A stretch of DNA of 64,000 nucleotides, taken from the NCBI GenBank assembly GCA_024704765.1, contig JAKMXF010000303.1:62001-126000 (forward strand), read 5' to 3'. The DNA is from Oopsacas minuta (lineage: Eukaryota; Animalia; Porifera). Every line of letters starts with the position of its first letter. Positions within the stretch are counted from its first letter, which is position 1. The notes beneath the pieces were generated by a model. That model had not been told where the DNA came from, made no database searches, and saw only the letters and a program-made list of their open reading frames with translations. The translations under genes and the position numbers were made by a program. Below, piece after piece: positions 24,787-35,592 of this stretch.

Positions 24787-25672
24787 GATAAATAGCTACG
24801 ATGATTAATTCGCACAAATATAATAAATATTATCCGCAGATGGTAGGACTGAGTTACTGTGTCCCAATCAGAAAATGACCTTTTGAACCCGAAATTCAAC
24901 CAAATTTGCCCAAAAATTGCATGTTAGAAATATACGTTCTCCTCTTTAGGATTACCACGATTTTGATTAATACGAATTATTATGCATATATGGAGAAATT
25001 CGAGGCAATTTATACGAAGTTAGAAATAGAAAAATTCCTTATATGGTGCCTAAATCCTTATTTGTCGGTTAAATCCTTATATGTCGGCCATAATTCCTTA
25101 TTTGTCGGCTAGCCGACAATGTAGGCCGCCGACATATAAGTAATCCCATATAATTAACTCACATGAACCTTGATCCCAATAATGATTTGAATATTTGTCG
25201 AATCTGACATTCTGGCTTATAGATCTATTGGCTAATATAATGAATATAAAACATTATATTCATGGGAACTTTCTGTGAACAATTACAGAGTTAAATTGGG
25301 GCAAACATGATAGTTTCGGGAGACAGTCTACTGCACCTAGCAGCTCTTTCCATATCTGACACTCCATCACTGGGCGACAATTGAGGTAATGATTTATGAA
25401 TTGTATACAGTAGTGCGGAATAATTGAATATAATGAATTTCTGTGAGAGCCTTACATATCTATTCTGAGTAGAAGAATACTCTAATATTTCGTGCTCGAC
25501 TTTACATCTATATTATTCTCCAAATTACGATAAACTTAAAATGTTTTCATTGATCGTGTTTAGTCCAGTTTATTTTCAAGGATATAATAACTATCGAAAA
25601 GTTGATAGATTTCGCTGTTTCAATCCTCTATAATGTAGTAATGCTGAACAGCAACAAAACTTTACGATCTCT

Positions 25673-25882
25673 TCAAAGTCCTAGGAAGGTAGGACAATCG
25701 GAAACTATCCTCCAATTTCCTAACACGTAAAGACACACGCATAAGGAACCCAAAATTATGCGCTCCTTGAGCTGAGCACCTTTTCTTGGAATGCGGGCGT
25801 AATAGCCAAAGTAAAAAGAAGTGGCAAGGATTGCACCTCCTTGATATAGTTTTCTTCCCAGATGATCTTTTTTGGGGTTCAT
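25673..25882 (-). CDS. Small putative two-TM membrane protein (69 aa), possibly DMAC1/DUF4536-like
   Basis: MNPKKDHLGRKLYQGGAILATSFYFGYYARIP..ERIILGSLCVCLYVLGNWRIV has two hydrophobic segments and an ATG start, and is divergent from WDR18. The family resemblance is weak. Confidence 0.45.
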   Translation of the reverse strand: MNPKKDHLGRKLYQGGAILATSFYFGYYARIPRKGAQLKERIILGSLCVCLYVLGNWRIVSDCPTFLGL

Positions 25883-27006
25883 TTTCGAACGGGGGTGCAC
25901 TTGAAAGAAATGCATGATTGTATGTGATTATGTGAAGGAAGTAAATTCTTGCGGTTATATAAGGTAGAATTTGGTATTGCGAGGCACTATTGCACACTTT
26001 CTGATTTGATTGGCTGTTTTAACGTATAAATTTAGTGTTTTGAGTACTAATGATATAGCTTAAGTAGTTGAATTACAATTACAGTAGAAACATACAAATC
26101 TGACACGGTTGAAATTAATTGTGTCGGATTAGTAAATCGTCTGACTATCCAGATTAATTTATATTGTCGAAACTCGTCGGAATTGTTCAAAAAAAGGAAA
26201 AAGGGGGTTTCTCTAACGGGCGATGATCGTTCTGAACGATGAACACCAATTAGTATGGAAATACTATATATTCTATACAATATCGAAAGGACACTTTTCA
26301 AATCCTGAGAGTCACCTTTGCTATTAAATTATACTAACAAAGGTGTCCACCGTTCGAAAGGATCATCGCCAGTTAGACAAACTCATTCAAAAGAATTTTT
26401 CTTACCAGCAACCTATTTGGTGACGCGGATCATTTGTTTGCTGCCATGTTTGTATAAGTAGGTTGCTGGTTAGAAAATCCATTTCAAATACCAAGGTCGC
26501 AGCCGAATAAGGATATATTCGGTAGGATCAAATAGTAGTCGAAATCGAGCTTTTTTGCCCCCAAAATGTACAGAAAAGAGGAAAAAATAATCCGTTTCAA
26601 CTACTAGACCAATATCAAGAGGTACAGTGAAGATATATTTCAACCAAACTAACATTTGTGATTGACATTTTCTGAAAGTACCTGGATGTTATCGGGTGTT
26701 ATTGAAATCACAAAAGTAAACATCTCCATTTGATTCATCGATTACTAGACTCAGAGTTAGAGGACTTGAATATTCCCTGCAATTCCATATTTACCAACTT
26801 TGAAAGTATCTATCTTTAGTTCATAGTTGAGGATACATATGTTACCCTGGAATTATGAATTCTATTCCCACAAATAATTTCGTAATACAATTTATTGTTA
26901 ATAAATGTTGGTCTAAATAGAATTCCCAAGAATCTAATATTTTACACTAGATAAAATTACATGGCCTTTAGTAACATAACTAGAATTACTACGTATATAT
27001 GTCACG

Positions 27007-28371
27007 ATGATCTCAAAATTAGCTGTCCTGATCTCGCATAATGCAGACACACAATCCTCTTGCTGGACACGGCTCTTAGTAATAGACCCCCTCACTGGAA
27101 ACACACTAGATAAGAGAGAGGCTACAGGAGTAGACGGACGCTCAGTGACTATAGTAGGGTCCCCCAACTCACAAATAGGAGACTTACACTTCATCGCTTC
27201 AAGCGTGACCTCACGAATCACACGATTCCTTCCCAGCAGAGTTTCAGGCAATGTACACAGCACACAAGCACCTATACGCTGTCTCGTATCCTCATTAGAT
27301 GGAACCTACTATCTGGGAGCGGTGGGAGAGAGAGTACATGTATGGGAGAGTTGTACAGGTAATCAAGTGTGTGTACTATCCCAGCATTATCAGTCCGTGT
27401 CTGCACTAGCATTCTCTCCTGACGGTAACTATCTTATTTCTGGAGGGGAAGATGGTATTATATTTGTATGGAGATTCTCTCTAGTAATATCAGCTGCTTA
27501 TATGACACAGTTCAGTTTGGTAACTGTATCACAATCTGTACAGCACGAGTGTAATGAGGCTAGACTCAAGTACACACTTTCTGAGCACTCTCTCCCCATC
27601 ACCTCCCTTATCTGTGGGGTGGGAGGGATGAGGGGATTCCTCTACTCAGGTTCTGTGGATCACTCCTGTAAAATATGGGACCTGCTACGCGGGGTGTGTA
27701 TTGCTACTATTGCTGTTGGGGGAGTAGCTAGTTGTCTAGCTACTGACGTCACTGAGAGGTTGTTATTGATAGGAGAGAAGCATGGAGAAATTATAAAGAT
27801 AAAGATTAGCTTCTCACTACCTCATGTGGTTACATCTCTAGACATTGGTGAGAATAACCGCGATGAATCTTCTACAGCTACACAGCATCTGACAGAAGTC
27901 ACAAGTCTGGTTACACTTCGTGACAATATTCACTTCGTGTCTAGTGACCGGAGTGGTCAGCTGATTACCTGGCATCTGGACAGCTTACAGCCTATCAGAC
28001 GGTTAGAACTACATGATGCTATAACAAGTGTACTGCTACTACCTGTAGCTATTAGCAGAGCTTATTATGGTTACTCTAGTGGAGGTAAGTACTCAAACTC
28101 ACTTATTAAACCACCTCCTCCTAGTTGGATTACAGGAACAGCTAATACACATAGAGAAGGGCTAACTCTCTTCAGACAGCTTAGAAATATACCTATAGAG
28201 ACAGGTGAGGGGAGAGTATACACGGGTAATGAGGGGATAGGAACAGAGGAGACAAAACAAACAGAAGAATTCATTAACACAAGAATTGCAAATAACGAAC
28301 ATTTCAAGAAGTTAACTGCTAGTCTAGATGATATGTATAAGAAGGCGATTGAGTTAGATTTCAATTATTAG
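27007..28371 (+). CDS. WDR18: WD repeat protein 18 / Ipi3 (rixosome subunit), 454 aa, intronless
   Basis: APIRCLVSSLDGTYYLG..VHVWESCTGNQVCVLSQHYQSVSALAFSPDGNYLISGGEDG..LSEHSLPITSL matches the WDR18 pattern. Confidence 0.85.
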   Translation: MISKLAVLISHNADTQSSCWTRLLVIDPLTGNTLDKREATGVDGRSVTIVGSPNSQIGDLHFIASSVTSRITRFLPSRVSGNVHSTQAPIRCLVSSLDGTYYLGAVGERVHVWESCTGNQVCVLSQHYQSVSALAFSPDGNYLISGGEDGIIFVWRFSLVISAAYMTQFSLVTVSQSVQHECNEARLKYTLSEHSLPITSLICGVGGMRGFLYSGSVDHSCKIWDLLRGVCIATIAVGGVASCLATDVTERLLLIGEKHGEIIKIKISFSLPHVVTSLDIGENNRDESSTATQHLTEVTSLVTLRDNIHFVSSDRSGQLITWHLDSLQPIRRLELHDAITSVLLLPVAISRAYYGYSSGGKYSNSLIKPPPPSWITGTANTHREGLTLFRQLRNIPIETGEGRVYTGNEGIGTEETKQTEEFINTRIANNEHFKKLTASLDDMYKKAIELDFNY

Positions 28372-28552
28372 GCAGCTGCTAGATTGCACCTTATTTTAGT
28401 TCCACGACTTGGGTCTGATGTCACCTCCCCGGATTTATGCACCCTCAAACGGTAAGGTTGGCTTCGCCTCCCTTCCTCAGCTCCGACCGCGACCCTGGGG
28501 GTGGGGATCCAGCATCCTCTGCCCCACCCCCCCATAGGCTTAGGCGCGGCCA
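28372..28552. other. GC-rich island with a strong hairpin between convergent WDR18 and FAM210B
   Basis: About 60% GC in an AT-rich background; GGGGGTGGGG...CCCCACCCCC 10-bp stem at ~28496-28532. Identity unknown (MITE remnant or structured RNA). Confidence 0.4.
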
Positions 28553-28759
28553 CAAATTATCACGTTCGTGGCACGCCAAATTGCCCATTGCAAAGCAGTA
28601 AGGAAATTTTCATGTTTGAGTGCGGTGATGGCTTGTACTGCACTGCATACTGACTCATAGCTGTTACACAAAACAAGTGAAGCAGTTTCTTAATTATAAA
28701 ATCATAAAATTTCACAATATAGAACAAATAAGATATCAAATGAACGGATAGTGATATGG

Positions 28760-29263
28760 TTACTTGTCTTTTGGCTTTTTGATAGAGGGCTTCATCCACC
28801 CAAGTTTCCTAAGATATCTTGCTATGACCGGAACCCCTCCTATCGTGATGCCTAATCTGAAAGGAAGGAGTAATTTGTGCAACAAATAAGCAGCAGCAAG
28901 TGTTGAGAAGCCAGCTGTTTTCTGACTTACTTCCATACCAAAGTAGTTGAGTACTCCTTCTACATTAACTCCCACATGTATCACAGCATAACATGTTCCT
29001 AATGATATACACCCTATTGTTAGATAGAGTCCCATTGCTAGAGGTCCATACTCCTTTAGGAGTACTTTTAATTTCTGTGTTCTAGTCATATTTTTTTCTG
29101 TTTGTTGATTACTGAAAGAGCGACTATGTGGGGGTATAGGGAGTATACTGGGTTGGTAGCGAGTAATGCTACAGCAGTGAGTAAGTGTAGGAGAGAAGAG
29201 AGTAATCTTTGATTTGAGAGAATTACTGAGTATAGGTATCCAGCGTATACGAGAAATTAGCAT
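28760..29263 (-). CDS. FAM210B: FAM210B-like mitochondrial DUF1279 protein (167 aa)
   Basis: Presequence-like N-terminus. KLKVLLKEYGPLAMGLYLTI..AAAYLLHKLLLPFRLGITIGGVPVIARYLRK is the DUF1279 signature. Confidence 0.85.
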   Translation of the reverse strand: MLISRIRWIPILSNSLKSKITLFSPTLTHCCSITRYQPSILPIPPHSRSFSNQQTEKNMTRTQKLKVLLKEYGPLAMGLYLTIGCISLGTCYAVIHVGVNVEGVLNYFGMEVSQKTAGFSTLAAAYLLHKLLLPFRLGITIGGVPVIARYLRKLGWMKPSIKKPKDK

Positions 29264-29328
29264 TATGGTCTGATAATCTATCCAAATAGTTTATAGTTTC
29301 TACCTATTAGTTAAGTGTGTAGTGAAGT

Positions 29329-29910
29329 ACTGTTGTATGACAGATTTACTACCTCTATTACTGGTACCATGGATACTCTATATCCATAACAGAATTATTA
29401 CCCTTTGATCATGACATGAAATTGTATAACTCAACTCTTAGTTCTTATCACACTGATAATATACATTTTCAATAGTTTCTTTGATTCTGCTTGAGAGTTA
29501 TATTACATAACTACAGTTTTAGTGATACGATGATCATTGAGTAGTGGATGACCTACTAACTTTCATGATTTGTGTTTCTTAGTAATGTGTCCGGATGGTC
29601 AATTAATTGTCTAACCCTAACGTAACTGTTGTAATTCATCAAATTCATATTTTATTTTAGAATATATAATTGCTATTATATTTAGTAAAAGTAACAATTT
29701 CGAAATATATAAACTGAGTAGACATATTGCCATTAGTATAACTCTCAAGCAGAAACAAAGAAACTATTGAAAGTGCATATTATCAGTGCGATAAGAACTA
29801 AGAGTTGAGTTATACAATTTCATGTCATGATCAAAGGGTAATAATTCTGTTATGGATATAGAGTATCCATGGTACCAGTAATAGAGGTAGTAAATCTGTC
29901 ATACAACAGT
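29329..29910. repeat. Long near-perfect inverted repeat (arms ~29329-29505 and ~29733-29910)
   Basis: About 175-bp arms. By manual comparison the outer ~118 bp are identical and there are 5 mismatches in the inner part; spacer ~230 bp. Confidence 0.9.
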
Positions 29911-30197
29911 TACTCATGGAAAATTGAAGAAATAGAATTCGAATCCACAGTTAATTGTGTCAATAGGCAAAAAACGTGGGCTTATAACATACCTATGAGT
30001 GTAAATCATAACATTCTTTTGAAAGTTAATCATATTAGAAAAATAGTTATAAATTATGTAAAAACATTTCGAATAATGTTCGGAAAATAAAGAGTCTAAT
30101 ATTTCAATGAAAATCGTATCAAAACTAAATTAGATGAAAGTAGAAATGTTGCCATTATAAGTAGTAAGCTAGCTAGTTGGAAGGGAGGGAGAGATTG

Positions 30198-32080
30198 TTA
30201 TTCTGTTATCTCAATCTCTGAAACTACTTTCCCATTCTTATTTGCCATTTGACCATTCGTCTCCACTTTTTTCACAGGCCTCCTCCTCTTGATATAAGTT
30301 TGATAGTAAAAGTTACCAAACAGAATTAGGAAAGTTATGGCATATGTAACAAATGTAAATTGCATCCACATAGGGAAATTACAATTTGTTCCAATGGTGT
30401 ATGCGCCTAATACTACTCCGCTGCCAAACTGGGCCTATGAGAATATACAGTATAAATACTCAATGAAAATTGGTTACAATATTAGTGAATATTAATTTAC
30501 CAATTGTAACTCTGTTAAGTATCTCTTCCACCAAAGGAAGGGCCGTAGCCCCTTGAAAGAAGATAGTCCATAGTATGTGTACATCACAATATGAACAATA
30601 GAGTTGAGAATAGCACCAAGAGTAGCTACAGTGAAATCTCGTTAATACGAACACATTTAATACGAATTTCTGGTTAAGACGAACAGAATTTAACACAAAT
30701 TTAGTCCATACAATGGTTACTCAATTGTCATTACTCCGGATAAGGAGTACAAATTTCGACGGTCCCTTGATGTACGTATTAACGAGGTTCTACTGCATAT
30801 CGAATTATATAATCTCATAATGTTATAAATAATTAGCTCTAACCAGATCTACTAAAACAGCTAAAATAATAATACTCATACCAAACGACTTACGTACATT
30901 GTCCTCCTGCCACACATATACAAGAGAGAAATAATATATATAATGGGTATATTCAAGTTACGTAGTATAATTGATTGTATAATGAATTTTAACTGACCTG
31001 CTACCCAAGCTATTCCCATCCACCAAATAGCAAACATAGTAGCATGATGGTAGATGTGGAGGAATGTTATCTGGTTATTCTTTTTCCGTAAAATGAAAAA
31101 TATCTACAAACAATGGTAATTTACTGAACTTATTCGTGAACAACTTTAATTACAACTTACTGTATCTAAGAACTCTATACATTTTGAGAAATAATACCAC
31201 CACAATGCATTAGCTACCTATCAGGGAGAGAGAGATAAAATAAAGGTAAAAATTTGAAACCTATTAATCTGTTAAGCCCGAGATATTTAATCCAATTATT
31301 GCCGAAGTACTTAATAGCTCCTACTCCACGAAATTATTGGAAGCTTGTTCAGTAATAGAGCAAAACTTAGAACTGAATGATTGCAAAAAGATAATTAACA
31401 ATTATAGGAAATTTATTAGATGTTGAGCTTTGCCAGTAAAGTATATACCCTCATATGTCCTGGATGTGTAGAGTATATCATAGGTTGACATAGCCACGAG
31501 TATTCCACTTCTTGAGCACCAAAGAAAGCCTGAAATATGAATATTAATACGTAATTGTATATCATAACATAATAAGTGTGTAGCAGTTATAATATTAATA
31601 TTATCCTTACTTCAGTGGCTATGTAGGTAGACAATCCAACCATGGCAAAGTTGTAGAAGAATAGGACGAACTGTAGGTCCCACTCTTTCCTGTTCTTCAT
31701 CAAAGTGGGTCCTAGTAGGATGATGAGCATATATAATGCTACCAGGAAGAAGGTAGGGAAAGGAGAGCTCATCAGAAACCAGTCTTTAGTTCGGGGATCT
31801 AATCAAACAGGTAATTATAACTACATAATATTCTGCCTAACTCTTATCCAAGTAGTTGTCACTAATAGACAATTAGAGAACTGTACAAGTAAAGAACACG
31901 GCATGAATAAGTATGATTTAGAATAAACTCACCTTCCAACTCAAGCGCAACTCTGTACATCTCGAACGGATCTAACGTTATCATCTCCATCTCACTAAAA
32001 AGCCTACCTATAGAACTTGTATTCAAGTATCTATCTTTAGGAAGCCACTCACTCCCCGGCATCATCTCTACTCCTGCCAT
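30198..32080 (-). CDS. Very-long-chain fatty acid elongase (ELOVL4-like); exons 32080-31933, 31798-31611, 31529-31449, 31217-31161, 31103-30998, 30906-30898, 30625-30501, 30434-30198 (316 aa)
   Basis: [27 protein letters not shown]|[20 protein letters not shown] (HxxHH), [12 protein letters not shown] and [11 protein letters not shown]. The exon sum of 951 nt is in frame. Confidence 0.93.
30629..30795. mobile_element. CAGT MITE abutting the ELOVL exon-7 splice acceptor
   Basis: TA|CAGTGAAATCTCGTTAATACG...CGTATTAACGAGGTTCTACTG|CA. Same family as 43393 and 45017. Confidence 0.8.
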
Positions 32081-32529
32081 TACCTAACTATCTAACCTGG
32101 GTAAAATGGGACATGAAATATACCAAAGTTATAAAAGTTATAGTTTGTATCATTACATACACAAAGGTCAGGCCTTATGGATAATCATAGGCTCATGACA
32201 TACCCAGACACATGTTAGTGTTTTGAATTCTCTATTTCGAACTCTCAAAGACTCGAAACTTAAGTTTACGGCCCGACTGATCAGGTTCACGGCTCTGACT
32301 GCGTTCAGCGGCCTTAAGAGAACGGAAAAACAATTAAAGTTGTATTTTAGTGACGTAGATTGGTTATTAGAATATGCTCTAGCTATCTACACTGAATTAA
32401 AATATTAAAGTATTGCATTTGACAAGAACATGGGTATGTTCACATACGCAGGTCTTTGTGGGTCTTCTCGTGTGTAACTTGTTCAAGATATATGCACAAT
32501 ATAGTGTATACTCATTTATACTGAAAGGG

Positions 32530-33944
32530 TCAAGAAGGTAGTAAATCTGAAGCAAGAGCTTCTAAATCAGGAGCACATACCATTCGTCCAGATAAGTAAC
32601 CAAGGTGAGTTAAGTGTCCCTGAGCAGAGCCAGGAGGATGATCTATAACCACAAGTTCCTGCAAGAAATCAGCAGGAGTTGCATTCAACAAATCAAATGT
32701 AGCATCTCCTATTTTCATAGATACTCTCCCTGATTCATGAATCCGTATATTACCTAAGCTTCCTTGTGGCAGATCTTTTAAGCCAGACAACTCAGCTTTA
32801 CCATGCTTATGGGATGCTAAGTATTGCATTTCTGTTTCATCTGGCTTACGTGGTCTCTTTATCTGTAAATTATAACCAATAAATACCATGTGTTAATTAT
32901 GGCTAATAATTAGGTGTTTCCCAACTTTTATCACCTGTGAACTACCTCCCGTAGACTGTAATACAAATTTTGAGATCCTGAGGACCCCGTGTTGGGAACA
33001 GCTAAATTAAGTTTATATATTACTGGAAATTTGTCAGGCAGCTGTAGGAAGAGAATCTGTGCTTTGTCATCTGTAGAGTTGAATAGTTCTGATGGAAATG
33101 ATTTGTCTATTTCTTGATGACCTGGTGAGACACGAATAGGATCCAATCCTGGCCAGGGGGGAGTCAGCATGCGTGGCTTAGAATTCCAGAGAGATAGCAT
33201 ATCATCTTGACACTGCTTACCCAATATTTTAGCGTTAAGAGCTCTGTCTAGCGGTAGGACACGGGGAATAGAGTCGTCATAAGGATCTAAGTGTTCTTCA
33301 GAGTTGTCCTCATCTCTGTCTGCATTAGAAGATGTGGGTAAATCGGCTAGAAGTATAAATATATAAAAACTGGTGCCGAACGTCGTAAACCAACACAGCA
33401 AGTGAAGTGTAATATCTCCAGTTATCCCGCTTAATCGAGCCAGGTGGCCTGGATGCGAATTTATATATTAAGCATTACTGTACGTAAAACATAATGATTT
33501 GAGTGATATACTTATACAATTACCATCTGTTTGCATTTCTTGCTCCAAAATCAAATCAGCCTTCTTATCAAGTTCAATTTGAGATTTCTTAATTACTTTC
33601 TCAGCAAGACCGCAAGAGAATATAGAGGTTGTAACAAATACGTTATTCCTTCGCTTGTTCATCTCAATTTCTCTTTTACTGTCTGGAAACTGTTGTTTTG
33701 AAAATTGGTATTTATTCGATGAGTTAGTTTTCAATTTGTTGTGGAATATTGTAGCATCATTATTTGGCCGTTTATCTTTTTGTCTTTCAGAAGTTTCCTC
33801 TGAGTTTTCAGAGGGTGCAGGTCTCTTACGGTTATTAGGAATGTTTGGAGTGAATAGCACCTTTTTAGGTTTATTTGTCCCAGTCAATTTTAAATCTCTA
33901 CTCGGCCGTAAGGTCGGTAGCTTTTTCGTGGCATCAAGAGACAT
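32530..33944 (-). CDS. POLR3D: RNA polymerase III subunit RPC4; three exons (33944-33524, 33346-~33030 or ~32950, 32862-32530)
   Basis: N-terminal LPTLRPSRDLKL..KVLFTPNIP, middle ILFLQLPDKFP, and C-terminal LKDLPQGSLGNIRIHESGRVSMKIGDATFD..FLQELV are RPC4 features. The exon-2 donor is ambiguous. Confidence 0.9.
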
Positions 33945-35592
33945 AACTAGACAACACTACACTAGGAAGTTAACAATTATGACGTAATTATTTATTTAAT
34001 ATTCTCTGAGCGATTATAATTATTTGTAAATTTAATGAATTTATTGATACGTATTCTGTTGCTAATTATATTGTAGCGTATACCAACTCCAGACAGTACT
34101 ATATCATCACTTTAAGATCTAGCGAAGTAAGCTAATGAGATTAACTAGTATCTTAAGTTCTAGTAACGAACTTATGTCTCTGGTATGCGTATAATTTGAC
34201 CCCTGGATGGGTGTGGTACAGTATAAACAAATTTACAGACTAGTGATATTAATCTAATAATCAGATTATCGTATGATTTGGAGGTTGATCGTGTGTGATG
34301 TATGATAAATGACGTGAGTTGAGAGCGGCCCGAGTTTGTAGTATTCTAATATAATTTTCCGAATACCCCAGTTCATAACATGCTCTGCCCATATAATTTT
34401 CTAAATTTAGTACCATGCTGGCCGTAGATATGGATATCCCTCCGGATGGATATCGACGTTTTTGGTCAGATCCAATGGGTATTGTCACAGATGCCAAACT
34501 AGCGGCCCACCAAAGCGTGAGCTTTTGCATTTAGACCCGCGAAAAAGCGTGGACTCGCTGGTTAGCGGTGAGAGTTGGCATTGCTGATTGTGGAATGTGG
34601 ATATCCTTTTCGATTTTGTACTTGAGAAATATTTTCCACGGTTGAGGGATTTATACGATAATTAGCCATACTACATATTTCTTTTCATGTAATTGGTTGA
34701 AAACTTGTACTAATTGAGAAATAATAGCAATGCCATGTAGTCCCTTATACTTATACATATATACAAAGTTATAATTGACAATCTCTTCACTACATTATCT
34801 ATATATGAAATTGAATTCCATTAAATCAGTCGCGATGTAATGAATGGAAGATTCCAAGATAAGTGTACCAACTACATATATGTACCGGGAATTCACAACA
34901 AAAATCATTTGACTCTGAGGTAGACTGCCAAATCAATCTACCTCACTCAGAAAAGAAATACGCCTCGTACCTCTCCTGTGGATATTGTTCAAATACATTT
35001 ATGTGATACAATTTGACCTACGAAATGGGTAAACCAGAGTGGCATAACTACAGCGAAAGCCCACCAGGAAAACTGTAGTAATAAGGAGTCAGGCATCAAT
35101 GTCTACATAATATGCCTCAGGTTTTAGAAAAATCCCTCAATATCAACGGATAGCCTGGATTAGGATAAGGATGATTTTCATCTCCACGGAAAGCCTGAAG
35201 TTTACTCAAAGATATTTCGATATCAGAATTTATTTAATTTCAAATCGAATAATAGTGCAATATTGATACTATCCCAAATCTAAAGTGCTACAAAAAGGTT
35301 GGTTGTATCGTGACCTACATATTATCGATACTATAGTTCTATATATTTACTTGTTCAAATAGTAATCAACCTTCAAGATAATTTCTTCTAATTAGAGTAA
35401 TTGTCAAATACGACTAAGCAACGGCCCAGAGTTTGTTAATTGTTATGCAGGTACAATACGTCATAAAACAAACTTGCACGCTAGTTAATATTAAAACAGC
35501 CCCAGAGTAGTACCAGTTTAAGAAAACATTCTCTATAATATATTTATAGCAGTACAATACATTGATTGTATGAATTAGCAATTGCAAGCTGG

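Larger units (their letters stand above)
21317..25147 (-). mobile_element. Full-length Mutator-like (MULE) DNA transposon, 3831 bp
   Basis: About 95-bp TIRs begin GGGATTACTTATATGT(T/C)GGCGGCCTACATTGTCGGCTAGCCGACAAATAAGG. The 9-bp TSD is ATATATTTA/ATATAATTA (1 mismatch). Encloses a MULE transposase. Confidence 0.92.

Noticed and set aside
28372-28552. Telomerase, SRP or RNase P/MRP RNA
   Set aside because: No template or conserved box motifs found; kept only as an unidentified GC-rich island.
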